A stretch of DNA of 35,596 nt from Vulcanococcus sp. (GTDB lineage: Bacteria > Cyanobacteriota > Cyanobacteriia > PCC-6307 > Cyanobiaceae). A program made the position numbers and the translations under genes. Positions 18,588 to 28,369 of the stretch are shown here, piece after piece; within the stretch, counting starts at the first letter, position 1, and every line of letters starts with the position of its first letter. The notes beneath the pieces were generated by a model. That model was not told where the DNA came from and ran no database searches. It worked only from the letters and a program-made list of their open reading frames with translations. The stretch is from assembly GCA_046094445.1 (NCBI GenBank), contig JBJTHL010000231.1, positions 1 to 35,596 of the forward strand, written 5' to 3'.

Positions 18588-21080
18588 TCAGGCCCGCAGC
18601 TGGGCGCCGAACTGCTTCTCGAGAGCCGCGCGGATGGTGGCGTGGGCCTGATCCACTTCGGCGTCGGTGAGGGTGCGCTTGGGGTCGCGGTAGCGCAGGC
18701 GGAAGGCCTGGCTGCAATGGCCTGGGGCCACCTGCTCACCGGCGTAGCGATCCACCAGATCGGCCTGCTCCAGCAGCGGTTTGCCGGCCTTGCGGATCGC
18801 CTGCAACAGCTGTGCGCTGGCGGTGCTGTCCGGCACCACCAGGGCCAGATCCCGCTCGGAAGCCGGCACGGTGGGGTAGCTGCTGAAGGCCGGTTGCCAG
18901 CGGTTGCGGCGGGTGGCGGCGCTGAGCAGGGAGGCCAGATCCAATTGGAACAGGTAGGTGGCTGCGGGCAGATCGAAGCGCTCGGCCAACTCGGGGTGCA
19001 CCTGTCCGAACCAACCGGCCGGCCGGCCCTCCACCACCACCTGAGCCCCCCGGCCCGGGTGCAGCAGCGGCTGATCCGTGAGTCGGCGGTCCTCCACCGG
19101 CAGGGCCAGGCTGATCAACGCGCGCTGCAACACACCGCGGGCCTGGAAGTAATCGGGCGCCTGGGCCTTGCCGCCACTGCTCCACAGCTCCGCCTGGCGG
19201 GCACCACAGATCACACCAGCCAGCTGCAGCGCCTGGCGGTCGCCCTTGGCGGTGGCGTCGAACACATGGCCGATCTCGAAGGCCCAGAAACCGGGACGGC
19301 CCGCCTGCAGGTTGCGCTGCGCCGCCAGCAGCAGCTCATCCACCAGGCTGTCGCGCAGGTGGCTGTAGTCCGCCAGCAGCGGGTTGGCCAGGGGCAGGCG
19401 ACAGGCCGGATCAGCGCCGGGCCGTTCGCTGCTGGCCGGCCCCAGCGAGAGGCTGCAGGTCTCCTGCAGGCCGGCGGCCACCAACTGGCGCCGCAGCCGC
19501 CGTTCCGCCTCCTGGACGGGGGTGAGACCGCCCGGAACAATCGGGTCGGGCAGATGGCAGGCGAAGCGGTCGTAGCCCACGAGCCGGGCCACCTCCTCGA
19601 TCAGGTCCACCTCCCGCTGCAGATCCATGGCCCGCGAGGGGGGCACCTGTACCAGCCAGCCATCGTCGCCATCGGCGCTCAGCTGGCAGCCCAGGGCGGT
19701 GAGGATGCGCTCGATCACCGCATCCTCCAGATCCTCGGGCTCGGCAGCGGCCACGCCAGCGGCCTCCAGCGGCAGCACCGGACCCAGCAGGTTGTGCAGA
19801 GCATCCCGGCGCAGGCGCAGCGGGTCCTGCGGGCCCAGGGGGCGTTCATGCAGCCAGCGCCCCTCCACCGTGGCACCGCAGAGGTCCTGGAGCAGCTGCA
19901 CGGCGCGATCGGCGGCCGGCAGGGTCACCTCCCGCGGCAGACCTTTTTCGAAACGACTGCTGGCATCGGTGCGCAGGCCCACGCTGCGGGCGCTGCGACG
20001 CACGGCCTGGGGGGCGAACATGGCCGCCTCCAGCCAGATGGCGGTGGTGCCGTCGTGCACGGCAGTGTCGGCCCCACCCATCACACCGGCCAGAGCCACG
20101 GCGTGATCGGCGTAGCCCACCACCAGGGCCTCCTCCGTGAGGCTGTGGGCGGTGCCGTCCAAACCGGTGAAGGCCTCCTCATCGGCACGGGCTGCCCGCA
20201 CATCCAGCAGGGAGGGATCGAGAGGGGCCTGCGCCAGGGCGGCCAGGCGATCGCGATCGAAGGCATGCAGCGGTTGGCCCTGCTCGAGCATCACCAGATT
20301 GGTGATGTCCACCACGTTGTTGATCGGGCGCAGACCGGCGCGCTCCAGGCGGCTCTGCAGCCATGGGGGCGATGGGGCCACCTGCACGCCGCTGAGGGCG
20401 GTGACGCTGAACAGGCCGCCGGCTTCGATGCGGGTCTGTACGGGAGTCGGCACCGGCAGGGCCTGGGTGACGACCGCCGGGGCGGCCGGCGGCAGCTGCA
20501 GGCTGCTGCCGGTGAGGGCCGCCACCTCGCGGGCGATACCCAGCATCGAGAGGCCATCCGGACGGTTGGCCGTGATGGCCAGTTCCAGCACCTGGTCGTC
20601 GAGGCCGAACAGGGGTCCGACGGGCGTGCCGATCGCCGGAACGCTCTCCAGGGCGTCGTCGAGGATCACGATCCCCTCGGAGCTGTCAGCCAGGCCAAGC
20701 TCGGAGAGGGAACAGATCATGCCGCTGCTGGCCACACCGCGCAGCTCAGCGGGTTTGATGGTGAGATCCACCGCCGGCAGATACGACCCCACCGTGGCCA
20801 CCGCCACATGGATGCCATCGCGCACATTGCGAGCACCGCACACGATCTGCAGCGTCTCAGCGGCGCCGAGTCGCACCTGGCAGACGCTCAGCTTGTCGGC
20901 ATTGGGATGCGGATGCCTGGTTTCAACAAAGCCAACCACCACGCCGGCGGCACGGGCCGCCAGATCCTCGATCTCCTCCACTTCAAAGCCGGCCACCGAC
21001 AGCCGCTCCGCCAGCTCGGCGACGGGCAGATCGCAGGCCACCAGCTCCCGCAGCCATTGGAGCGAGACCCGCATTGCCAC
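18588..21080 (-). CDS. pheT: Phenylalanine-tRNA ligase beta subunit
   Basis: MRVSLQWLRELV, HPNADKL, IVCGA.N, S.GMICSL.ELG, ITANRPD.LS..GIARE, RFEKG, DLIEEVARL.GYD, C-terminal FDX-ACB (RDLA, RTLTD.EV). Confidence 0.98.
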   Translation of the reverse strand: MAMRVSLQWLRELVACDLPVAELAERLSVAGFEVEEIEDLAARAAGVVVGFVETRHPHPNADKLSVCQVRLGAAETLQIVCGARNVRDGIHVAVATVGSYLPAVDLTIKPAELRGVASSGMICSLSELGLADSSEGIVILDDALESVPAIGTPVGPLFGLDDQVLELAITANRPDGLSMLGIAREVAALTGSSLQLPPAAPAVVTQALPVPTPVQTRIEAGGLFSVTALSGVQVAPSPPWLQSRLERAGLRPINNVVDITNLVMLEQGQPLHAFDRDRLAALAQAPLDPSLLDVRAARADEEAFTGLDGTAHSLTEEALVVGYADHAVALAGVMGGADTAVHDGTTAIWLEAAMFAPQAVRRSARSVGLRTDASSRFEKGLPREVTLPAADRAVQLLQDLCGATVEGRWLHERPLGPQDPLRLRRDALHNLLGPVLPLEAAGVAAAEPEDLEDAVIERILTALGCQLSADGDDGWLVQVPPSRAMDLQREVDLIEEVARLVGYDRFACHLPDPIVPGGLTPVQEAERRLRRQLVAAGLQETCSLSLGPASSERPGADPACRLPLANPLLADYSHLRDSLVDELLLAAQRNLQAGRPGFWAFEIGHVFDATAKGDRQALQLAGVICGARQAELWSSGGKAQAPDYFQARGVLQRALISLALPVEDRRLTDQPLLHPGRGAQVVVEGRPAGWFGQVHPELAERFDLPAATYLFQLDLASLLSAATRRNRWQPAFSSYPTVPASERDLALVVPDSTASAQLLQAIRKAGKPLLEQADLVDRYAGEQVAPGHCSQAFRLRYRDPKRTLTDAEVDQAHATIRAALEKQFGAQLRA

Positions 21081-21191
21081 ATCCTTCAGGGGAAGGTCGA
21101 CTCTAAGGACCGGCCGCAGGGTTGCCCGTCAGGCGGCAGGGTATGGTGAGCCACTGTCAACCCGCATCGCATCAGCGGCGCAACGTCCTTT

Positions 21192-21386
21192 ATGGCCAAG
21201 AACAAGGGCGTCCGGATCGTGATCACTCTCGAGTGCACCGAATGCCGGTCCAACCCCGCCAAGCGGTCTCCTGGCGTGTCCCGTTACACGACTGAGAAGA
21301 ACCGCCGCAACACCACGGAACGGATCGAACTGAAGAAGTTCTGCCCGCACTGCAACAAGTCGACGGTCCACAAGGAGATCAAGTGA
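21192..21386 (+). CDS. rpmG: 50S ribosomal protein L33
   Basis: [18 protein letters not shown]...[32 protein letters not shown] (Zn-binding C+ form). Confidence 0.98.
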   Translation: MAKNKGVRIVITLECTECRSNPAKRSPGVSRYTTEKNRRNTTERIELKKFCPHCNKSTVHKEIK

Positions 21387-21441
21387 TCGCCTCGGCATGA
21401 CCCCGTCTGCCTGCTGACAGTTCTCATTCATCCGTTCCATC

Positions 21442-21663
21442 ATGAGCAGTTCCTTCTTCAAGAAGCGCCTCTCGCCGATCAAGCCCGGTGAGCCGATCGA
21501 CTACAAGGACGTCGATCTGCTGAAGAAATTCATCACCGAGCGCGGCAAGATCCTTCCCCGCCGTCTCACCGGCCTCACCGCCAAGCAGCAGCGCGACCTC
21601 ACCACCGCCGTGAAGCGCGCCCGCATCGTGGCCCTGCTGCCCTTCGTCAACCCCGAGGGCTGA
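21442..21663 (+). CDS. rpsR: 30S ribosomal protein S18
   Basis: [47 protein letters not shown]. Confidence 0.98.
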   Translation: MSSSFFKKRLSPIKPGEPIDYKDVDLLKKFITERGKILPRRLTGLTAKQQRDLTTAVKRARIVALLPFVNPEG

Positions 21664-21666
21664 TCC

Positions 21667-23706
21667 CTGAGCAGCGCGGCCTTCCACTGCGGCGACCTGG
21701 TCGGCGTGCTGGAGGCCCGCGGTGCCCAACTGGGCTTGGTGGAAGCCGTGCAGGGCAGCAAGCTGCGCCTGCGCATCGGTTTCGACCACAAAACCGTGGT
21801 GCTGCCTCAACGGCAGATCACCCTGCTGTGCCCCCTGCCGGGCGGTGTTGACCCACCGCAACGGCTGGGGGCTTTGCCATGGCACCTCAACGCCGAGGTC
21901 CTCACGGCGGCACGGCCGCCCCGGCGGGCCTGGGGCGCCGCCTGGCTATTGCTGCTGGAATCCGGCGATGCGGTGACCCTGGCTGATTTCGCCGATCTGG
22001 TGTGCGGCAGCGACGGCCCGGCCCAACGGGCTGCCTGCTGGATGGAGTTGGTGAACGGCCAGGTGTGGTTCCGCCTCCGGCAGGGCGACATCAGCGCCCG
22101 CAGCGCCGCTGAGTTGCGGCCCCTGCGGCGCGAGCAACGGCGCCGGCAGCTGGAGGAGCAGCGCGAGCGCAGTTGGCAGGCCCTGCTGCGAGCGCGCCAG
22201 CCCGTCACCCTCCAGACGCTGCCGGACGACCAACAGCAGCGGCTGCGGCAGCTGCAGCGGCTGGCGGGGGGCCGGCTGGAGCTCGACCAGCTGGAGCCCG
22301 CCCTGCGCCAGAGCCTCTCGGCGCTGCACCTGGGGAGCGACCGCGGCGACCTGCGCCATCTGCTGCTCGCCCTCGGGCAATGGGACGCCCATCGGCTGCA
22401 ATCGCTGGAGGGCACCACCTGGAGCACCGGCTTCAGCCCGGAGCTCATGGCGGAGGCCGAATGGTTGCTGGGGGCGGCCGACGGCGACCAACCCGGCGAT
22501 GGCCAGCGGCTCGATCTGTGCGCGCAGCACGTGGTGACGATCGATGACGACGACACCCGCGATATCGACGACGGCCTGGCCCTCGAACGCCTGGCGGATG
22601 GCCGCCAGCGCATCTGGATCCATGTGGCTGATCCGGGCCGCCTGGTGGCCGTGGGGTCTCCGCTCGACCTGGAGGCCCGTCGCCGCGGCAGCAGTCTGTA
22701 TCTGGCGGGCGGCATCCTGCCGATGTTTCCGGAGTGCCTGTCGACGGGTCCCTTCAGCTTGCGCCAGGGGCGCCGCACCGCCGCCTGGAGCCTGTGGGCA
22801 GAGCTGGATGACGCGGGTGCCATCGCCGCCAGCGGCATCAGCCGCAGCTGGGTGAAGCCGGCCTATCGGCTGAGCTACGGCGATGCCGATGAGCTGGTGG
22901 ATCTGGCCCCCCGTGAAGATCCCGACCTGGCGGATCTCGATGCCCTGCTGGCGCGGCGGCGCCGCTGGCGGCAGCAGCGGGGGGCCCTGCTGATGGACCT
23001 GCCGGAAGGGCGCATCCGCTGCCGCGACGGGGAACCCGTGCTGGAGATCAGCGACCCCAGCCCCTCCCGCCAGCTGGTGGCCGAGGCCATGATCCTGGCC
23101 GGTGCTGTGGTGGCGGCGGTGGGCCAGGAGCACGGCCTGGCCCTGCCCTATCGCAGCCAGCTGCCGGCGGAGCTGCCGCCCCAGGCAGACCTTGAGGCCC
23201 TGCCGGAGGGTGCCGTGCGCTTTGCGGCGATCAAGCGCTGCCTCAGCCGCGGGCTGATGGGCAGCAGGCCGGCCCCGCATTTCAGCCTGGGGCTGCCGGC
23301 CTATGTGCAGGCCACCTCACCGATCCGGCGGTACGGCGATCTGGTGGTGCAGCGCCAGCTGGCGGCCCTGCAGAGCGGCGCCACACCCATGGGTGAAGCG
23401 GAGCTGGAGGAGCAGCTGCAGACCTTTGATGCCGCCGTGCGCGAGGGCATCGGCATCGCCCGTGAGGATCAGCGGCACTGGCAGCAGGTGTGGTTTGAAC
23501 ACCAGCGCGGCGGCCAGTGGCCAGCGCAGTTCCTGCGCTGGCTGCGCCCCCAGGATCGGTTGGGCCTGGTGCGGGTCGAGAGCCTGGCCATGGATCTGGC
23601 GGCGGAGTGTCCGGCCGGGGTCCACCCCGGCGACACCCTGCTGCTGCGCGTGCATCAAGTGGACGCCCTGCGGGATCAGCTGCGCCTGAGCTGCTCGGCC
23701 AGCTGA
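21667..23706 (+). CDS. rnb: Ribonuclease II/R (RNB) family exoribonuclease
   Basis: TIDDDDTRDIDDGL catalytic motif, HVADP, RRGSSLYL....PMFP, HFSLGL..Y.QATSPIRRY.DL. Start uncertain (CTG 21667 or GTG 21706). Confidence 0.9.
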   Translation: MSSAAFHCGDLVGVLEARGAQLGLVEAVQGSKLRLRIGFDHKTVVLPQRQITLLCPLPGGVDPPQRLGALPWHLNAEVLTAARPPRRAWGAAWLLLLESGDAVTLADFADLVCGSDGPAQRAACWMELVNGQVWFRLRQGDISARSAAELRPLRREQRRRQLEEQRERSWQALLRARQPVTLQTLPDDQQQRLRQLQRLAGGRLELDQLEPALRQSLSALHLGSDRGDLRHLLLALGQWDAHRLQSLEGTTWSTGFSPELMAEAEWLLGAADGDQPGDGQRLDLCAQHVVTIDDDDTRDIDDGLALERLADGRQRIWIHVADPGRLVAVGSPLDLEARRRGSSLYLAGGILPMFPECLSTGPFSLRQGRRTAAWSLWAELDDAGAIAASGISRSWVKPAYRLSYGDADELVDLAPREDPDLADLDALLARRRRWRQQRGALLMDLPEGRIRCRDGEPVLEISDPSPSRQLVAEAMILAGAVVAAVGQEHGLALPYRSQLPAELPPQADLEALPEGAVRFAAIKRCLSRGLMGSRPAPHFSLGLPAYVQATSPIRRYGDLVVQRQLAALQSGATPMGEAELEEQLQTFDAAVREGIGIAREDQRHWQQVWFEHQRGGQWPAQFLRWLRPQDRLGLVRVESLAMDLAAECPAGVHPGDTLLLRVHQVDALRDQLRLSCSAS

Positions 23707-23709
23707 GGG

Positions 23710-25542
23710 TCAGGGCGCCAGTCGCGACACCCGCAGCCAGGGGCCCCAGGGATTGACGCAGCCGATCAGGGCGCCCGGGCGGGGGCGCTCCAGCTGCAGC
23801 AGCCACTGGTGCAATGCCGGCTCCAGGGTGATCACCGGCCAGCAGCCGGAACCATCCGCCAGCCGCAGGCTGATGCCACCCTGGCCATCAGGACAGAGCT
23901 CCCCCTGCCACAGGCGCTCGCCCGGCTCCGCAGGAGCCTGGCGTGGGTCGAGGTTGGGCGGTGCAGCCAGCAGGCTGCCGGTGCTGCTCAGACGGGCGGG
24001 ATCCTCCAGCACCGCCTGCTGCCGCTGGCGCCACTGAGGGTGGTGCCAGGGGGTATCCCACAACGGCACCACGGCGGCAGGGGCGTGGGGATCGGCGATC
24101 AACGCCTGCTGCAGCAGCGGCACCGGCAGCTCCGCCGGCTGGCAGCCGCGCTGAATGCAGAGGGCCGCCGCCGCGCCGGCGGCCTGGCCGGTGTTGAGGA
24201 TCAGCGGCTGCAGGCGGGTGGCGCCGTTGGCCATGTGGCTCACGCCGGTGGCCTTGTCGGCCGCCAGCAGGTTGTCCACACCGGCGCTCACCAGGGCGCC
24301 ATAGGGCAGGGTGAACGGAGTGCCGCTCCAACGGCCGCCCCAGCGACAGCTCTTCGGTGCCAGGGGCCAGTCGGGACCGGGGTAGTGGTGGTCGTTGGCG
24401 TAGTTGCCCACGGCGATGGCACTGAGCGTGCCGCTGGCGTCGTGGCTGGGGGTGGCGATGCTGGCGCCGGCGGCCTGGGGCAGCAGATCCTGCTCGCGCA
24501 CCAGGGCCTGGGCGATCAGGCGGCGGCCCTCCCGCCAGTAGGGCATCAGGGCCAGGGGCGAGGGGCCCGCCAGGGCAGCATCGGCGGGATCAGCGGGGAA
24601 GCAGGCCCCTGGCTGCAACAGGCCTCCGCTGGCCTCCTGCAGCACGGCGGCGAAGTGCAGGCTGTGCTGCTGCATCGCTCGCTCGATCCCCTGGCGCCGC
24701 TTCGCCCCGGCGCTGATCAGATCCGCGAGGTCGTGATGCCAGTCGTTGCCGTGCAGCGGCCAGTTGAGCATCACCAGCCCCCCGGGCAGACGGCCGTAAC
24801 TGAGGGTGCGCTCCAGGCCGAAGCGCGCAGCCGCATCGCTGAAGGGCTCCGCCAGCTGCACCGCTGGCGGTGGTACGGGGGCGACCTCCTGGGGGGGCGG
24901 CGGCGGTTGATCGGGGGTCAGCTGGCCCAGCACCACCCAGGTGGGCGATTGCAGCGGCTGGGCGGCAAAGAAGGGATCACCCCGCAGATCCGCCTGGGGC
25001 GGGGCGCTGGGTTCATCCCACAGCTCCCGCGCCTCCCAGCCGAGGCGGTGGGGCACGTCCGCGAGCGGGAACGTGTCGCCGCAATCACTGCCATCGATCA
25101 GTAGCTGCGGCTGCAGCAGCCAGCGCTCCGGGCCGCGCTGCAGTTCAACGGCCGTGATGCGACGGCCCTGGCGCTCAATCGCCAGCAACTGCACATTGGG
25201 CCACCAGCGCAGCTGGGGGGCCTGGCGGCACCAGTCGCGCAGGATCGCCTCAGCGGTGGCGGGCCGATAGCCGAAGCAGCTCACCCAGTTGTGATCGAGC
25301 CCCTGCGGTTCGCGCCGGGCCAGCTCCCGCAGAAAGGCGCCCCAGAGGCCGGTCTGCCAGGGGCTGAGCTCGTTGCCATCGGGGCAGCACACCCCGGCAC
25401 TGCTCACCATGCCCCCCAGCCAGGCGCCGGGTGTGAGCAGCAGGGTGGAGGCACCTCCGCGGGCGGCCTGCAGCGCCGCCGCTGCGCCACCGCTGCCGCC
25501 ACCCCACACCAGCACCTCCACGGCTTGGCTGTGCAGGGTCAT
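23710..25542 (-). CDS. FAD-dependent oxidoreductase
   Basis: VLVWGGGSGG..AA.QAAR Rossmann motif, WLGGM.SSAGV, IDGSD.GD, PYWREGRR, DHHY, PYGALV....NLLAA.K...SH.ANGATRLQP. Confidence 0.88.
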   Translation of the reverse strand: MTLHSQAVEVLVWGGGSGGAAAALQAARGGASTLLLTPGAWLGGMVSSAGVCCPDGNELSPWQTGLWGAFLRELARREPQGLDHNWVSCFGYRPATAEAILRDWCRQAPQLRWWPNVQLLAIERQGRRITAVELQRGPERWLLQPQLLIDGSDCGDTFPLADVPHRLGWEARELWDEPSAPPQADLRGDPFFAAQPLQSPTWVVLGQLTPDQPPPPPQEVAPVPPPAVQLAEPFSDAAARFGLERTLSYGRLPGGLVMLNWPLHGNDWHHDLADLISAGAKRRQGIERAMQQHSLHFAAVLQEASGGLLQPGACFPADPADAALAGPSPLALMPYWREGRRLIAQALVREQDLLPQAAGASIATPSHDASGTLSAIAVGNYANDHHYPGPDWPLAPKSCRWGGRWSGTPFTLPYGALVSAGVDNLLAADKATGVSHMANGATRLQPLILNTGQAAGAAAALCIQRGCQPAELPVPLLQQALIADPHAPAAVVPLWDTPWHHPQWRQRQQAVLEDPARLSSTGSLLAAPPNLDPRQAPAEPGERLWQGELCPDGQGGISLRLADGSGCWPVITLEPALHQWLLQLERPRPGALIGCVNPWGPWLRVSRLAP

Positions 25543-25637
25543 CGCAGGCGGCCGCCGGAGTGCCCAAAGCCTGGCATCGCAGGCGGAGCGTGTGCAGAAG
25601 GGTGTGCAGCCGGGGCTTGCTCCGTAGGATCCGGCCG

Positions 25638-27182
25638 ATGACCAAGACCCTCACCACCCCGCTTTATTACGTCAACGACAGGCCACACCTGGGTAGTGCT
25701 TACACCACCCTGGCCTGCGATGCCCTGGCCCGGTTCTGGCGCCTCAAGGGGGAGGAGGTGCTGTTCATCACCGGCTGCGATGAACACGGCCAGAAGATTC
25801 AACGCACCGCTGAGGCGGCCGGGCTGAGTCCCCAGGCCCACTGCGATGCCGTGAGTCAGCAGTACCGCGAGCTGTGGGAGCGCTGGCAGATCAGCCACGA
25901 CCGGCTGATCCGCACCACCGATCCGCGCCACCACCGGATCGTGGAGCAGTTCTTTGCACGGGTGGAGGCCAATGGCGACATCGTGGAAGGGCGCCAGCAG
26001 GGCTGGTATTGCGTGGCCTGCGAGGAATTCAAGGACGATCCGCACGAAGCCCAGGATCCGGAATGCCCGATCCACCGACGGCCCCTGGAGTGGCGTGATG
26101 AGCTGAACCTGTTCTTCCGCCTCTCCCGCTACCAGGAGCAGATCGAGCAGCTGATCACCCGGCCTGGCTTCATTCAGCCGGCCAGTCGCCGCAACGAGGT
26201 GGAGAACTTCGTGAAGCAGGGCCTGCGCGACTTCTCGATCTCGCGGGTGAACCTGCCCTGGGGCATCCCGGTGCCCGGCCATGAGGGGCACACCTTCTAT
26301 GTGTGGTTCGATGCGCTGTTGGGCTACATCACGGCCCTGCTGGCCGAGGGTGACGCCCCGGATCTGGAGACCGCCCTGGCCCGTGGCTGGCCGGCCTCGG
26401 TGCATGTGATCGGCAAGGACATCCTGCGCTTTCATGCCGTGTACTGGCCGGCGATGCTGCTCTCGGCCGGGTTGCCCCTGCCCGAGAAAGTGTTCGGCCA
26501 TGGCTTCCTGACCCGGGAAGGCCAGAAGATGGGCAAGTCGCTCGGCAACGTGCTCGATCCAGCCGCCTTGCTGGAACGCTGCGGCCGTGATGCGGTGCGC
26601 TGGTATCTGCTGCGCGACATTCCCTTCGGCGACGACGGCGATTTCCAACAGCAGCGCTTCAGCGATCTGGTGAACAACGATCTGGCCAACACGATCGGCA
26701 ACCTGCTCAACCGCACCAGCACCATGGCGCGCAAATGGTTTGCCGAAGCGGTGCCACCTGCGGGCCCTGCCAGCGGCAGCGATCACCCCCTGGCCCTGGC
26801 CAGTGCCAGCGCCAGCGGCACCGTGCTCAACAGCCTTGAGCAACTGGATTTCCGCAGCGCCGCCGAGGCCGCCCTGCAGCTGGCGATCAGCGCCAATGGC
26901 TTCCTCAATGAACAGGCGCCCTGGAGCCGGATGAAGCAGGAGGGAAGCCGCGATCAGGTGGGTGCTGACCTCTATGCGGTGCTGGAGACGGCGCGGATCG
27001 TGGCCCTGCTGCTGGCACCGCTGCTGCCGGATCTCTCCCAGCGCATGCTCAGCCAGCTGGGCCAGGGCGAGGCCGGGGTCGGCTGGCCGCAACAGCTCAA
27101 CTGGGGAGGGCTGCACGCCGGTGCGCCCCTGCCTGAGCCCTCCCCCGTGATGGCTCGGTTGGAGCTGGACAGCCCGCTGTGA
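25638..27182 (+). CDS. metG: Methionine-tRNA ligase (short form)
   Basis: TTPLYYVN..PHLGSAY (HIGH), TG.DEHGQKI, CVAC...CPIH knuckle, YVWFDAL..Y, IGKDI.RFHA.YWPA, KMGKS; ATG at 25638. Confidence 0.97.
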   Translation: MTKTLTTPLYYVNDRPHLGSAYTTLACDALARFWRLKGEEVLFITGCDEHGQKIQRTAEAAGLSPQAHCDAVSQQYRELWERWQISHDRLIRTTDPRHHRIVEQFFARVEANGDIVEGRQQGWYCVACEEFKDDPHEAQDPECPIHRRPLEWRDELNLFFRLSRYQEQIEQLITRPGFIQPASRRNEVENFVKQGLRDFSISRVNLPWGIPVPGHEGHTFYVWFDALLGYITALLAEGDAPDLETALARGWPASVHVIGKDILRFHAVYWPAMLLSAGLPLPEKVFGHGFLTREGQKMGKSLGNVLDPAALLERCGRDAVRWYLLRDIPFGDDGDFQQQRFSDLVNNDLANTIGNLLNRTSTMARKWFAEAVPPAGPASGSDHPLALASASASGTVLNSLEQLDFRSAAEAALQLAISANGFLNEQAPWSRMKQEGSRDQVGADLYAVLETARIVALLLAPLLPDLSQRMLSQLGQGEAGVGWPQQLNWGGLHAGAPLPEPSPVMARLELDSPL

Positions 27183-28369
27183 GCCACCGCCCCGCACCAT
27201 GGGCCCTGGCCGGCGTGCTGCTGGTGGCGGGCCTCGCTGGCTGCGTGAGCCAGCCTCGCAAGCCGCAGCCACCCGAGCCGTTTGTGTTCCGCTCGCTCAA
27301 CCTGCGCCAGCAGAACGCCAATGGCCAGCCCGCCTGGGAGATCACGAGCCCCGAGGCCCGCTACGACCTCACCAGCAAAGCTGCCCTGGCGCGCCAGCTG
27401 CGCGGCACGGTCTACCGCGGCGGCACCCCCCACATCCAGGTGAGCGCCGCCACGGCGCAGGTGATCGACGACGGTCGCCGGCTGGAGCTCAAGGGCTCGG
27501 TGCGCATCACCCTGCTGGGGGCCAACCCGGTGCGCATCAGCGGCGATCGCGCCAGCTGGCTACCCCACCAGAACCTGATGGAGATCGATCGCCGGCCCGT
27601 GGCAACAGACCGGCGTAGCCGCGTGAGTGCCAAGACCGCCCGCTATCTGTTGGCCGCCGACCGCCTGGAGTTGCGCGGCGGTGCCGTGCTGGAGCAATGG
27701 CAGGCGCCGGCGGCCACACCCACCGCATCCAGACCGCCGGCGCCCCTGCGGGTGAGCACCGCCAGCATCGATTGGCGGCCGGAGCAGGGGGCTCTGCTGG
27801 CCCCCGGTGCTGTTCTGGGTCAGCGTTGGAGCACAGCGGGCCCGGTGGCGGATCTGCGGCTCACGGCCACAGGCCTGCGGGGCAACCTGCGGCAGGGGCT
27901 GGTGGATCTGCTGGCACCGGTGCGGCTGCGTAACCGTGACGGCAACGGCTGGCTGGATGCCGCCCAGACCCGCTGGGCCATCAACGACCAATGGCTGGCC
28001 AGCGATCAACCGTTCCGCGGGGCGATGCGCCAGCTGAGCGGTCGGGGCGATGCGCTGCGCATCGATCTGGTGGCCAGCACCGTGCAGGTGCCGCACGGCT
28101 GCAGGCTGCAGCAACCCGGCGAGCTGCTGCTGGCGCAGCGCTGCCTCTGGCACTGGCCCAGCGGACGCTTCCAGGCCGACGGCGAGGTGGAACTGCGGCG
28201 CAAGGCCTACCCGCAGATCACCCGGGCCAGCGTGCTCAAGGGCACCATCGGTGCCAACGGCGAGGCCGTGTTCACCGCGCCGGGGGGGCGGGTGCAATCG
28301 CAGGTGGTGTTGCCGCCGGGGACTGCCCAGCGCCCGCAGGCAGCGGCAACGCCTCCAGTGACGTTCTGA
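27179..28369 (+). CDS. lptC: LptC-family LPS export protein (cyanobacterial long form, lipoprotein)
   Basis: Lipobox-like LAGC, PFVFRSLNLRQ....G.PAWE.TSPEARYD, repeated beta-strand pattern; GTGA overlap with metG. Confidence 0.72.
   Translation: MSHRPAPWALAGVLLVAGLAGCVSQPRKPQPPEPFVFRSLNLRQQNANGQPAWEITSPEARYDLTSKAALARQLRGTVYRGGTPHIQVSAATAQVIDDGRRLELKGSVRITLLGANPVRISGDRASWLPHQNLMEIDRRPVATDRRSRVSAKTARYLLAADRLELRGGAVLEQWQAPAATPTASRPPAPLRVSTASIDWRPEQGALLAPGAVLGQRWSTAGPVADLRLTATGLRGNLRQGLVDLLAPVRLRNRDGNGWLDAAQTRWAINDQWLASDQPFRGAMRQLSGRGDALRIDLVASTVQVPHGCRLQQPGELLLAQRCLWHWPSGRFQADGEVELRRKAYPQITRASVLKGTIGANGEAVFTAPGGRVQSQVVLPPGTAQRPQAAATPPVTF

Noticed and set aside
3570-27272. Long antisense ORFs such as 3570-5339, 13035-14468, 18642-21149, 21946-23280, 23809-25104, 25539-27272
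   Set aside because: Each mirrors a well-supported gene on the other strand; this is expected from GC3-biased codon usage.
10347-27550. HIP1 octamer GCGATCGC (seen at 10347, 10677, 18334, 20247, 27543)
   Set aside because: Only a handful spotted by eye in 35 kb of high-GC DNA, far below the density of HIP1-rich cyanobacteria, and a known feature in any case.
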